The translations under genes were made by a program, and so were the position numbers. DNA of 64,000 nt from Hemiscyllium ocellatum (Eukaryota). Below the pieces are notes generated by a model, which saw nothing but the letters and a program-made list of their open reading frames with translations, ran no database searches and was not told the DNA's origin. Shown here in pieces: positions 24,678-37,566 of this stretch. Each line of letters starts with the position of its first letter. Within the stretch, counting starts at the first letter, position 1. The stretch is from NCBI RefSeq assembly GCF_020745735.1, contig NC_083409.1, positions 16,354,789 to 16,418,788 of the forward strand, written 5' to 3'.

Positions 24678-24872
24678 AGCTGCTCCGAGCTCCTTCTTTC
24701 ACTTCCTCTCTCGGTGAAGTTTCAACCTTATGCTCTGACAGCCTTTGCAGTTATTTTTTATACTGGGGCTTTCTGCTGTGGTCAGAATCTCTAATAATAA
24801 GTGTCCAATCAGTGACAATCACAGCAGCTAAGAGCAGTCAGGACTGAGGAGCCAGGCTCACTGGGAAACACA
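24678..24872 (-). promoter_or_regulatory. Conserved promoter-like block, copy 1 (CCAAT and TATA both intact)
   Basis: CCAATCAG at 24805, RUNX TGTGGT at 24777-24782, TATAAAAAA at 24762-24754 (minus) and GGAAGTGAAA at 24706-24697 (minus). About 96% identical to copies 2 and 3. Confidence 0.55.
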
Positions 24873-25093
24873 TTGGGAAGATCAAAGCCATCCTCTTCAG
24901 GTCCCGGTACAACCTCCATCCCTCTCCCTGAGCACTGTCTGCTGCTCAACCAGACTCTTCACAAAAACAGAATACCTCAGCAGGTCTGGCGGCATCTGGG
25001 GAAAGAAATCAACGTTAACATGTCGGGTGGTGTGACCTTTGCTCAGAACAGTTCTGAAGAAGGTTCACTTGTCCCAAAATGTTAACTGGATTA

Positions 25094-26160
25094 GTGGTGC
25101 TGGAAGAGCACAGCAGTCCAGGCAGCTTCCAAAGTGCAGCGAAATCGACGTTAAGACCCCTTAATAAGGAATAAAGGCAGTGAGCCTGAAGCGTGGAGAG
25201 ATAAGCTAGAGGAGGGTGGGGGTGGGGAGAAAGTAGCATAGAGTACAATGGGTGAGTGTGGGAGGGGATGAAGGTGATAGGTCAGGGAGGAGAGGGTGGA
25301 GTGGATAGGTGAAAAAGGAGACAGGCAGGTAGGGTAAGTCCGGACAAGTCATGGGGACAGCTGGAAGTTGGGGACTAGGATGAGGTGGGGGAAGGGAAAA
25401 TGAGGAAACTGCTGAAGTCCACATTGATGCCCTGGGGTTGAAGTGTTCCGAGGTGTAAGATGAGGCGTTCTTCCTCCAGGCGTCTGGTGGTGAGGGAGTG
25501 GCGGTGAAGGAGGCCCAGGACCTCCATGTCCTCAGCAGAGTGGGAGGGGGAGTTGAAATGTTAGGCCATGGGGTGGTGTGGTTGATTGGTGCGGGTATCC
25601 CAGAGATGTTCCCTAAAGTGCTCTGCTAGGAGGCGCCCAGTCTCCCCAATGTAGAGGAGACCGCATCGGTAGCAACCGATACAATAAATGATATTGGTGG
25701 ATGTGCAGGTAAAACTTTGATGGATGTGGAATTCTCCTTTAGGTCCTTGGATAGACGTGAGTGAGGAGGTGTGGGCACAGGTTTTACAGTTCCTGCAGTG
25801 GCAGGGGAAAGTGCCAGGATGGGAGGGTGGGTTGTAGGAAGGCGTGGACCTGACCAGGTAGTCACGGAGGGAATGGTCTTTGCGGAAGGCGGAAAGTGGT
25901 GGGGAGGGAAATATATCCCCGGTGGTGGGGTCCTTTTGGAGGTGGCAGAGATGTCGGCGGATGATTTGGTTTATGCAAAGGCTTGTAGGGTGGAAGGTGA
26001 GCACCAGGGGCGTTCTGTCCTTGTTACAGTTGGAGGGGTTGGGTCTGAGGGTGGAGGTGCGGGATGTGGACGAATTGCGTTGGAGGGCATCTTTAACCAC
26101 GTGGGAAGGGAAATTGCGTTCTCTAAAGAAAGAAGCCATCTGGTGTGTTCTATGATGGAA
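25094..26160 (-). mobile_element. Penelope-like (Neptune-type) element 3' end: Cys-rich linker, GIY-YIG endonuclease and pLTR
   Basis: ORF contains GTFPCHCRNCKTC and IIYCIGCYRCGLLYIGETGRLLAEHFREH. Confidence 0.88.
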
Positions 26161-26889
26161 CTGGTCTGCTTTCTCTCCACAGATGGTGCCAGACCTGCTG
26201 AGCCTTTCCAGCAATTTCAGTTTTTGTTCCTCATTTACAACAAACACAGCTTTTTCAGCTTTTATTTAGTATCAGATTCCTCCCAATTCTGGCCTCATCT
26301 TTGAGGCTGATCTGAGCCCCACAAACCCTTCCAATCACAGAGATCACTCACTGAAAACCTCAGCCGTTGCTTTGGGACTCCAAACATGACCATTCTAATA
26401 TTGTCCTGGGCCACATCTCAGCCACTGCCCTCTGTAACCTTCAGCTCATCCCAAACTCTGCTGCCCGTATCCGAACTTGCACCAAGTCCCATCCCCATCC
26501 TCCACCGTCCTCACTGAGCAACATTGGCTACTGGTCCAACAACACCTCGATTTTCAAATTCTCATCCTTGTTCTGAAGTCCCTCCTTGTCCTTCCACCCT
26601 CCCCATCTCTGTCACCTCCTCCTAACTGCCTCACTCAGTGTGGTCAGCAATCTTGGATAGATGACTCTCTGTTTCTTCATCCAAGTCATTGAGAAATATT
26701 GTGTGAAGCTGAGGTCCCAGCACAGATCCCTGGGGACACCACTATTCACATCTTGCTCATTGGAGGACACATACGTTATCCCTCCATTCTGTCTCCTTTC
26801 TCCAAATTAATTCCTGACCAAAGGCAAATGCTTTTCTCTAACTCATTATGTTTCCACATTGATGAACAGTCTCTCAAACAGTGAAACTA

Positions 26890-29430
26890 AAAACACGAGT
26901 AGGCCATTCAGCCCTTCGAGCCTGTTCCAATTTTCAATATGATCATGGCTGATCATCCAACTCAGTCGTATGTTCCTGCTTTCTCCCCGTAACCTTTGAT
27001 CCCTTTCTTCCGAAGAACTATGCATAGCTTTTTCTGGAAAACATTTATTGATTTGTGTTCAACTGCTTTCAGTGACAGAAACTTCCGCAGGCTTCCCACT
27101 CACTGAATGAAAAAACTTTCTCTCCATCTCAGCTCTAAATGGCCTTTCCCGTATCCTTAAATTGTAATCCTTGATTCTGGACTCCCCAGTCATCAGGAAC
27201 ATCCTGCCTTGTCCTGTTAGGGATTTTAGAGTTTTCAATGTGACTCCCCTCAATCTTCTCACCTCTAGTGAATATAATCCTAAATGATCCAGTTTCTCAT
27301 CAGATCTAAGTGCTGTCATCCCAGGAATCAGCCTGGTAAACCTGCACTGCCCTCCCTCCACAGCCAGAACATCCTTCCTCACATAAGGAGACCAAAACTG
27401 CACACAATACAATCATAAAATCACACAGTTTCGAATAGGCCCTTTGGCCCATTGAACCTGTACCAGCCAAACTACACTAAGCCTGCATTCATCCAACTTT
27501 CCAACACAAGACCCATAGCTTTAAATGTTACGATATTTCAAGAGTTCATCCAAGTATATTTTAAAGATGGTGAGATTTTCCACCTCAACTACCATCCCAG
27601 GCAATGCAAACCAGACCCCCACCACCCTCTGAGTAAAACCTGCTCCTCAAATCCCCTCTAAAACTCCTGTCTTTCACAGTGAATGTGTGCCAACTCCATG
27701 TAAGGGGAACAGCTACTTTCTCTTCATTCTGCTCATTCCCCTCATACCCTTTTACACCTCTATCAGGTCCCCCTTCAAACTTCTCTGCTTCAAAGAAAAC
27801 AACCCGAGTTTATCCAACCTCCCTTCATCGGTGAAATGTTTCATCCCAAGCAACATCCTGGTGACTACTCTCTGCACTCCCTCCAGTACAATCCCATCCT
27901 TCCGATCACATGGTGACCAGAACTGCACACAGTACTCCAGCTGTGGTCTAACCAAAGTTCTGTATTCTCCAACATCTCATCCCTGGTCTTCTAATCTATA
28001 CCTGAAGTGATAAAGGCAAGTATCACATCTGACTTCATAAACATTTTCCTCATCTGTTCCATCTTCCAAAGTTCATCACCTCACATTTATCAGGGGTAAG
28101 TTCTATCTGACTCTGACCTGCCCATCTGACCAATCCAGTTAGATCCTCCTGCAACCTAAGACCTTCTTCCTCACTGTCAACCATCTGCCAAACCTCATGT
28201 CATTACAAATTCAGTCATCATCCACTCACCCCCACCTCTCACCTCTCACATTCTCATCTTCATTGTTTCAATACATCCTGAACAATAAGGGACCCAGCAC
28301 TGAACCCTGTGGTGTCCCACTGCACACTGGACCCAGTCACATAAACAACTTTCTGCCTCCACCCACTGTCCCCTGTCACTGAACCAGTTTTGGTTTGAAT
28401 ATACCAGGTGTGGTCTCGCTAAGGCTCCGTACAATTACAGCAAGATATCCCTGTTCCTGTACTCAAATCCTCTCACTATGAAGGTAACTTATCAGTTACC
28501 TTCTGCACTGCCTGCTGCACCTTCACGCTGACTTTCAGGACTGGTATACACAGACACCCAGGCCTTATTGCATCTCCCCATTCCCAATCTATCACCATTC
28601 AGATAATAATCTGCTTCCACTTTTTGGTACTAAACTGGGTAACCTCATATTTAACTTCATTGTATTTCATCTGCCATCACTCAACATCTCCATAGCACAC
28701 TGAGGTATCTCTGCATCCTCCTCACAGCTCCCCTTCCCACTCAGCTTTGTATCATCTGTAAACCTGGAGATATTACTCTGAAGTTCCCTCATCTAAACCA
28801 TGAACAAATATTGTGAATAGCTGGATCCAGGCCTGTGGTACCATTTCAGAAAAAATCCAGTTTATTTTTAATCTTTGTTTCCTGCCTGCCAACCAGTTCT
28901 CTATTCATGTCAGTACACTGCTCCCAGTCCCATGAATCTTAACTTTTTATGCTCTCTTCTGTGGGACTTATTAAAAACCTTGTAAAAGTTCCAAATATAC
29001 CATGTCAATTGCCTCCTTCTTGTCAAATTTGCTCTTTACATACTCAAGCAATTCCAGTCAATTTGTTAAGCATGATTTCCCTTTCCACAAACCATGCTGA
29101 CTCTGTCTAATCCTGTCACTGTCTTTCAGTGATTAAATCTTTCATAATAGACTCGAGTATTTTCAGGCTGATTGGTCTAAGTTGTCCAGTTTCTCTCTCT
29201 CTCCCATTTTAAATAGTGATGTTACATTAGCAACTCTCCAGTCAGTGGGAATTATTCCAGAATGTATAGAATATTGAACATCAATGTTTCCAAACATTCT
29301 GGGCATTTCCTGAAGTAATCTGAGGTTTAGACTATTGGATCCTGTGGATTTATCAGAATTTAATCCCATAAATTTTCCAAAACCATCTCCCTAATAAAAC
29401 TAGTTTTCTTCAGTGCTGCTATCAGTCTAT
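26890..29430 (-). mobile_element. Stack of CR1 fragments, paralogous to ~43410-45440
   Basis: Minus-strand YCVQFWSP motifs. The junction CAAAACTGCACACAATA(C/G)AATCATAAAATCACACAGT occurs at ~27395 and ~44715. Confidence 0.8.
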
Positions 29431-30022
29431 ACCCTGTCATCCCAAAATGTTTAGAATATATTTGAGTTTTCCATTGTATACAAAGATTCAGAATGCAGCA
29501 AATGCAGAAATTTCCTTTGCACGTGTTGTCAGTGGTACTTTTAACAAATCAATTTTGGATAAGAATGACACACTACCTACCCTATCAATGCAATCTCCTG
29601 ACCTGGGAATAGGGTACAAATCCATCTTTGTGACTACATTCACTTTCCAACTGTCTACACAGAATCTAATTGAAACATTTGGTTTCAGAACCAACACTAC
29701 AAGAGAACTCCAATTACTCATACAGTTCAATCAGGGTACCCTGTCTAATTTATGATCAGTAATTTGCTGATTATTAGATGGTTTGAATCAACCCCAGATC
29801 CCTGGTTCTGCCGCTGGATTTATTTAAAAATGTCAAATGAAGAGGGCAGTAGATGGGTGTTTCAGGGCAAAAGAATCTCTGGGTTTATTCAATACAAAAG
29901 GTAAGTATAATACAGGAGCAAATGCAAATGTAATAATCAGTGAAATTACCAGTATCCACTATACAGAGAACAGAAATTAAATACACTACCAACTTAAACA
30001 CTGGTTCTCCACTATTCGAGGC

Positions 30023-31161
30023 TAGAGTGGAAAAGTGTGGCCCTGGAAAAGCACAGCAGGTCAGGCAACATCTGTGGGACAGGAGAATCGATGTTTCGAG
30101 CATCAGCTCTTCATCAGGAAGGTTGGGGGAGTGGAATACGGCTGAGAGATAAATAGGAGGGTGGGGCAGGGGGTGGAGGAAAGTAGCTGGGAAGGGGATA
30201 GGTAGATGCAGGTGGGGGGAGTGATAGTGATAGTTCAGAAGGAATGGTGGAGCAGAATAGGTGGGATGGATGATGGATAGATTTGAAATTTCAAGAGGGT
30301 GGTGTCGAGTTGGAGGATTGGATATTCGTTGGGGGTGGGGGTGGGGGAGGGGAGATAACGAACTAGTGAAAACAACATTGATGCCGTGCGATTGGGGGGG
30401 TCCCAAGGTGGAAAATGAGGCATTCTTCTTCCAGACATAGTAGCTCAGTGGTTAGCACTGCTGCCTTACAGCACTAGGAACCCAGTTTCGATTCCAGCCT
30501 TCGGCGACTGTCTGTGTGGAGGTTGCACATTCTCCTCATGTCCGGGTTTCCTCCAGGTTTCCTCCGTGTGCACAGTCCAAAGATGTGCAACTCAGGTGAA
30601 TGGGCCATTCTATATGGCCCGCAGTGTTAGGTACATTAGTCAGAGGGAAATGGGTCTCTGTGGGTTACTCTTCGGAGGGTCGGTATGAACTGGTTGTGTC
30701 AAAGGGCCTGTTTCCAATTTCTAGGGAACCTAATCTAATCAAAATGTGTAGGTTAGCTGAATTGGCCATACTAAATTGCTCATAGTGTTATGTGCATTAG
30801 TCAGGGGTAAATATAGGGTAGGGGAATGAGTCTGGGTGGGTTACTCTTCAGAGGATTGGTATGGACATGTTGGGACGAAGGGCCTGTTTCCACACTGTCG
30901 GGAATCTAATCTAATCTGATGATACTTCGGGTGGCTTGGAGTTGGCAGTGGAGGAGGGGGATTTGAAGTGTCCGGCCACAGGATGGTGGAGTTGTTTGGT
31001 GCATGTGTCCCAGAAATGTTCCACAAGTCATCCTTCCCAACATTCCTGATGACGGCATTCTGCCCAATTCTCCTGCTCCCCGGATGCTGCCTGACCTGCT
31101 GCACTTTTCCAGCGCCTCACTTTCCGACTCTGACCTCCAACATCTGCAGTCCTCACTTTCT
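30023..31161. mobile_element. Penelope-derived element with inverted pLTR ends and a ~12-bp TSD, containing nested SINE sequence
   Basis: ACTATTCGAGGC at 30011-30022 and ACTATTCGAAGC at 31162-31173. Confidence 0.7.
30440..30915 (+). mobile_element. HE1-type SINE with a duplicated 3' half, nested in a Penelope-like element
   Basis: Head at 30440, two successive tail segments ending in (TAATC)n. Confidence 0.75.
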
Positions 31162-31559
31162 ACTATTCGAAGCAAAACAGTTTGAGTCACACAAACTTTA
31201 ATCAGGCTCCCTACCCTTGGGTCCCAATGCACGGCCACCAGCCACCATCCCCTCCCTGCGAGCTCAGAGGGAAACTTTGGGGTCTCAGGATTTTCAGCTC
31301 AGCACTGAGGAAAATACACGTTTAAAATGTGCCCTTTTAGTGAGGTTCTTGCCGTCAGTTCTCTTGGCTCAGGACAGGTCTGTGAGAAAGTGAGGACGGC
31401 AGATGCTGGAGATCAGGATTGAGAGTGTTGTGCTGGAAAAGCGCAGCAGGTCAGGAGCATCCGAGGAGTAGGAGAATCAATGTTTTGAGCATAAGCCCTT
31501 CATCGGGAATAAGACCTGTGGGCTGGGAGCTGAGAGATAAATCGGATGGTTTGAAAGTA

Positions 31560-32200
31560 TCTGGCAATGTGATCGGAACAGGCATGTCTCTGGAAGCTCA
31601 TGCTCAGATAGCATTTGGTTGGTGTTCCTGACCTCGGGTGTCCTTTGTTGTAATGATGCTCTTGGTTTGGTTTTTGGATGTAGCTTCTCTGTTCAGCGTC
31701 TGTGGTTCTTGGTTCTGAAGCTATTTGTTGGGGCTTGCTGAAGCTGTTCCTGCAGAAACTTGTTGTTGAAAAGGCTCACCCTCAGATTAGGGCTGGCTGT
31801 TATACAGACTGTGTGCACCGTTATCTCCCCTCAGATCTGTGTTGGCCAATGTGTTTCTGGTGTTCTCTATGGGGTCAGTTGGCTTCCTGACAGTTAAGAG
31901 TATTAGTGAATGTATCTTGATTGATATTGAATGCCCAATATCCCTGTGAGTAAGTATTGATTGTGTTGAATGTCCAGTATCTGTACAGGTTCCAAAATGT
32001 CTGTGTTAGTAGGCTGAGGTGTAAAAGTGAGGTTCAGTCTGGAGAATGAGTTCTGGTTGGTGTCTCTTTAAGGGTTGAGGTGTGAACTGGAATTCCAGGC
32101 AGAACAATGGTTCCAGGCAGCCATCTCCGTGTCTCTGTGTTTTCCAAGAGCTCAGCCCAGCTGTCTCTTTATTTTTAAAAGCCTTTTAAAAATCCAGAGT
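31560..32200. mobile_element. Possible LTR-like insert splitting the Gypsy RT (with ~29760-30010 and ~31170-31390)
   Basis: Non-coding DNA present only in this copy of the Gypsy remnant. LTR termini were not resolved. Confidence 0.3.
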
Positions 32201-32660
32201 TTTAGATGATTGGGATATTTGTTCAATTCCAACACGGGAGAACTCCAATTACTCTGACCCATCAATCAATTGATTCTCCAACAAACATTGAGCTTCCTTT
32301 GTTACTTTGGCCAGTTTCTCTGGGTTTAACCAAAATGGGTTTTGTTTTATTGGGTCCGAATTATCTACCTCCACATCATGTTCAATTAATGTGGCGCATC
32401 CAAGTGTATCTTTTAAAGACCATGTATCAGTGCAAAATGTGGCCATTCAGCCTATCAAGTACACTCTGCCATTCTATCATAGTTGATTTGTTTGTCAACC
32501 CCAATCTCCTGCCTCCTGTTATCCTTGACTTGTTTACCAATCAAGAATCTATCTATCTCTGTCTTAAATTCACTCAATGACTTGGCCTCCACAGAACTCT
32601 GCAGCAATGATCAATCCACAGATTAACCACTCTCTGGAGGAAGAATCTCCTCATCATTAG

Positions 32661-32972
32661 GGGCGGCACGTTGGCACAGTGGTTAGCACTGCTGCCTCAC
32701 AGCGCCAGAGACCCGGGTTCAATTCCTGACTCAGGTGACTGTCTGTGTGGATTTTGCACATTCTCCCTGTGTCTGCGTGGGTTTTCTCCGGGTGCTCCGG
32801 TTTCCTCTCACAGTCCAAAGATGTGCAGGCCAGGTGAATTGGCCATGCTAAATTGCCCGTAGTGTAAGGTAAAGGGGTAAATATAGGGGAATGGATGGGT
32901 GTGGATCGGTGTGGACTTGTTGGGCCGAAGGGCCTGTTTCCACACTGTAAGTAATCTAATCTAATCTAATCT
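32661..32972 (+). mobile_element. HE1-type SINE, young, inserted into a CR1 fragment
   Basis: Near-identical to the 5831 copy, with a (TAATC)4 tail. Confidence 0.88.
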
Positions 32973-33479
32973 CACTTCCAAAGGATGGCCCCTTCTGAGG
33001 CTGTGCCCTCAGGTCCCAGTCTCTCTGCCAAGTGGAAACATCTTCTCCATGTCTACTCTATCCAGGCCTCTCAGTATACTGTATGTTTCACAGAGATTTC
33101 CACTCATCCTTCTCAACTCCATCGAGTACTGACCGAGTACAGGCCTCAACCACTCCTCATACAAACTTCTTTGTATTCTCTGAGCAATCTCCCTCTGTAA
33201 CTCTGTTAATCTTTTTCCAGATACAAATATGCAGTGTCTGAATTCTCTAATGCCTCTGAGTCTGTTTAAATCACAGGAGGAAGTTCACTTTGGGAAATGA
33301 CCAATTCTCTTTGGCTCTCACACTTTTTCTCATCCCCTTTCTGCTACACTCAGTGCTGGACACACCTCTACACGACTGAATGGCTCCTCAAAAACTGGGA
33401 GAGGACTTAAGGATGCTGCTTTCATCATGTGTGGAGGTTTACCTACAACTTGACAAGTTTTTTTTAATGTATTCATTTC

Positions 33480-34250
33480 ATGGAATGTCAGCATTGTTGG
33501 CTGGCCAGCATTTATTGTTCATCCCTAGTTGCCCTTGAGAAGGCTTTTGGTGAGCTGCCTTCTTGAACTGCTGCAGTACACCTGCTGTGGGTTGACAGAC
33601 AACACCATGAGGGAGGGAATTCCTGGATCTGGAGCCAGCAACAGTGAAGGGACACAATACATTTTCAAGTCAAGATGGCTTGGAGGGGAACTTGAAGGTA
33701 ATGGTGTTCTCATATATCTGGTGCCCTTGTCCTTCCAGATGGAAATGGTTGTGTTTGGAAGGTGCTGTCTGAGGATCTTTGGTGAATTTCTGCAGTGCAT
33801 CTTGTAGATAGTGCACACTGCTGCTGCTGAATGTCGGTGGTAGAGGGCATGGTTACATGTGGATGCTGTGCCTATCAAGCGGCTGCTTTGCCCTGAATGG
33901 TGTTCAGCTTCTTGAGTGTTGTTGGGGGCTTCACCCATCCAGGCAAGTGGGGAGTATTCCTTCACATTCCTGACTTGTGCCTTGTAGATTGTGGCCAGGC
34001 TTTCAGGAGACAAGAGGTGAGGTACTTGCTGCAGTATTCTTAGCCTCTGACCTGCTTTTGTAGCCAGTGTTTATTTGGTGAGTTTCAGCTGGCTATCAAC
34101 TCCCAGGATGTTGATAGTGGGGGACACGTTGATAGTAACACCACTGAATGTCAAGGGACACTGGTTAGATTGTCTCTTATTGGTGACAGTCAGAGTCTAG
34201 CATTTGTATGATATGAAAGTTACTTATCACTTGTCAGCCCAAGCCTGGAC
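33480..34250 (-). mobile_element. 3' end of another non-LTR family (CR1/L2 superclade, family uncertain); related fragments at ~41100-41620 and ~62950-63990
   Basis: LATIYKAQVRNVKEYSPLAW...AAVCTIYKMHC RT C-terminal motif. Confidence 0.7.
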
Positions 34251-35289
34251 AAAGGAACGACATTGACAATCCTCCACTCTGGCACTTCACCTGTGGCCAG
34301 CGAAGTATTAATCAAGGAAAAGGCAGCCAAACTTTAAAGGCAATGAAATGAAAAATACAGTTAAGTTAAACCGGAAGATATGATAGAGAAATGGACCCCT
34401 TCTCTCTGTTATTTGAGTACTGGAAAGAAATAATGTTAGATTAGAAAGGATTTTAATTTGCCATGAGTTTTGAAATCTTTTGAATTTGTGTTTTCTGTCA
34501 GTATAGTATGTTTCATCTTCATTTCTTTTGTCTAAGGAGGTCTTATTATTACATCTAAATCATTGTGTGCTTATGCTCTGAAGATGCTGCAGACCAACTG
34601 CATTTCTTCAGCAGTTTCTGTTTGTGTTGCATTCTGAGATCTGTGTTGTCCAATAATACCAGCAGCTGGGATGGGAATAGTTGGCTAGCATCATGATTGT
34701 CACTCTAATTAGAAATTGACACTTCGTATTTGATAAATCCAACAAACCCTTACACTGTTTTCACATCTGTCCGTCACCACATCACTGCCACCGCTCTTAC
34801 CTTTCCAGAATCCAGGCAAATCCTTTTGCTCTCAGTATGTGACTTATGTACTTAACTTGGGCATCTTTAATTGCAAACTTTCTTGTTCAGCTTAATGAAT
34901 TTTTCTTTCTTGTTCAGCTCCTGACAAGCTACACCCTGCAGGCCACTAGATGATGATTGTGGTCAGCAATGCTTTGTATCTCGAATAGCCCACTTTCTCC
35001 CTATCCTTCTCACTCACACTCTCAACTGATTACCCGGGCATCGCGGCAGGTCACCGCGTTTGAGGAGAAATTGACTCGAAATTGAATCAACTGTTAGTAT
35101 TTTATGTTGATATACAATTAAACAACAAGTATGTTTACATTGAAATTAATACATTATAAATGTATAATAATTGGACAGACTAATGTCTTAAACTTTGTGG
35201 CATTTGAGGGATATAACTTTTGCCGGTTTGTCAAGAATACAAGTTCATAAGGTGCAGGTTACAACAAAATTTGCTGCACATCTTTTATA

Positions 35290-36950
35290 ATGGACTCCAG
35301 TATTTCTCCCACTACTGATGTCAAGCTAACCGGTCTCTGCCTCCCTTCTTAAATAGTGGGGTTATGTTAGTCACCCTCCAATCCATAGGAACTGCTCCAG
35401 AGTCTAGAATTCTGAAAGATGACCACAAGTGCATCTATTCTTTCTAGTGCCACTTTTTCTTAAGCATTCTGGGGTGAGGAGCTCAGGCTGCCAAAGATAT
35501 TTCATGGCTCCACTTTGCCCTCCTATTTTTTTAAGCTACTCCCCACACTTTCTCTCCTCCTGAAGGGCTTCCTTGTTTTTGATGCTCTGTCGCTGACAAA
35601 GCTTTCCTTCTTGTCCTTTCCTGAACTATCCATATTCCTTGACATCCAGGATCCCAGGAGTTGCTGCCCTTGCCTTTCTTTCTGAGCTGGCCCTGAATTC
35701 TCACTGTCTCACATTAAAAAGCTTCCCACTTTCCAAATGTAGACTGACCTGTAAGTAGCTGCTCCCAGTCTGTATTTGCCAGATCCTGTCTCATGACATT
35801 GAAATTGGCCTTGCCTCACTTTAGACACTTACCTTTCTGCACTACCCTTATTCCTTTCCATAATAATTATAAAACTTATGAACTTATGTTCAATATCTGC
35901 AAAATGCTCACCCACTGACTCTTTAACTATTTGACTGGTTTCATTACCTAGGATTGAGTCCAGCACTGCCCATGTTTAGAGGGACTATCTACATACTGGC
36001 ACCAAAAGCTCGCCTGGATGGACTTTAAACATTCCAGCATTCACACAAAGGCAATCCCAGTTCATGTTAGAGAAGTTGAAACTCCCTACTAACATAACCC
36101 TATTCCTCTCACACCTGTCTGTGATTTACCAACATATCTCCTCCTCTCTCTCCATCTGACTATTGGGAGGTCTATAGTACAATCCCAGCAAAGTGATTAT
36201 TCTTTTTGTATTTTTAGCTTCACCCAGATGGCCTCGTTTGAAGAGCCTTCCAAGGAATGCTCCTTAAATCCAGCAGTGATGGTCTCCTTTATCAATAATG
36301 CAATACACCCACCTCTCCTGCATTCCGTCTATCCCACCTGAGACTTCTCTACCCTGGAATGTTGAGCTGCCAGTCCTATCTTTGTTCAATCATGTCTCAG
36401 CAATTGCAGCAATATAATATTCCCACGTGCTGGTCAATGCTCTCAGTTCAACCTCCTTACTCGTCAAGCTCCTTACATTAAAATAGATACAGTTCAGCTT
36501 TCTGGTCCTCCTGTATTCCTGATCCTGTCCTAGTGGTTACCCAGTGATTTTCTGTGTTGCCCTTATTCTCCCAAGAAGGGAAACATCCAGCATTTCCCCT
36601 GTCACTCCCCTTAAGAATTCTATGCATTTCAATGAGATTCCCTCTCATTCTTCTAAACTCCAGGGATCAGATTCCAAACCTGTTTGACCTTTGCCCATAA
36701 GACAAACGCTCTGTACCTGGAATCAGTCAAGGGAACTATCACTGAACTACACCTAATGCAGCTCCTGTCCTTTCTTCAATAAGGAGCCTGATACTGGACA
36801 CCATACTCCAGATGTGCCCACACCAAGCTCCTAACCCTAACCCCTGTACAGCTGCAGTAAAATGTCCCAGCTTTTAGATTGCATTCCCTTTACAAGGAGC
36901 ACCAATACTCTATCTGCCTCCGGATTCACTTGCTGTAGCTGTGTCCTAAC
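35290..36950 (-). mobile_element. Decayed CR1 ORF2 (endonuclease and RT fragments)
   Basis: Antisense CR1-like sequence with many stops. Confidence 0.65.
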
Positions 36951-36964
36951 TTCGTGATTTTTGT

Positions 36965-37110
36965 CCCCCACATTACACTCCATTCTGCCCAATATTTCTC
37001 CAAAGCCCAGCTGTATCTAATATTCAGCAGGATGGACCCCTTCACTGGGAAATAGTTGTTTGTGACTAGAATAATGACACATCTCTGAGAATCACATTAA
37101 TAATTGTTTT
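36965..37110. repeat. Duplicated block P; direct paralogue at ~56836-56970
   Basis: Shared CTGCCCAATATTT...CAGCTGTATCTAATATTCAGCAGGATGG...TTCACTGGGAAA. Confidence 0.85.
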
Positions 37111-37532
37111 ATTGATACTTTTATTTCCTACGCACCATATCACTGCCTTGAATAATCTTATACCCCTCAATGAGGTTCTTTCTCAACCTTCACTGCTCCA
37201 CGCAAAACAACCTCAACCTTTCCAATCTTTCCTCATAACTAACTCTCTATTGCAGGCAGCATCCTGGTAAATCTCTGCACCCTCTTAAGAACAATCACAT
37301 CTTTCCCAGAATGTGGTGGCCACGACCTGTCCACCTCTCTCTCTCTATCTTCCTTTTTGACTCACATCTGCCACTTCTTTCTCTCTACCTATCTATCTCT
37401 CTCCCACTTTTAATCTCTTTCATATTCTCTTTCATATTTTCTCTCTCTCTCTCTCTCTATCTCTCACTCCCTCTCTCATAGCCACTCTCTCCAACCCACT
37501 CACAGTTCCTCACTCCGTCAGATAATCTTGTT

Positions 37533-37566
<34 letters not shown>

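Larger units (their letters stand above)
29445..33450 (-). mobile_element. Interrupted Gmr1-like Gypsy remnant: integrase N-terminus (~33350-33450), RT N-terminus (32205-32500), RT (29445-29755)
   Basis: IEHDVEVDNSDPIKQNPFWLNPEK and RFCVDSWKVNVVTKMDLYPIPRSGDCIDRVG...SKIDLLK. Integrase lies upstream of RT. Confidence 0.75.

Noticed and set aside
24491-24847. ORF ...SDSLCSYFLYWGFLLWSESLII...KSSQD conserved in all three module copies
   Set aside because: No shared start or clear splice structure and no recognisable family. Near-identical DNA preserves any frame, and the promoter motifs lie on the opposite strand.
29922-29929. Perfect octamer ATGCAAAT
   Set aside because: It lies in TE-like DNA far from V, and about two are expected by chance in 64 kb.
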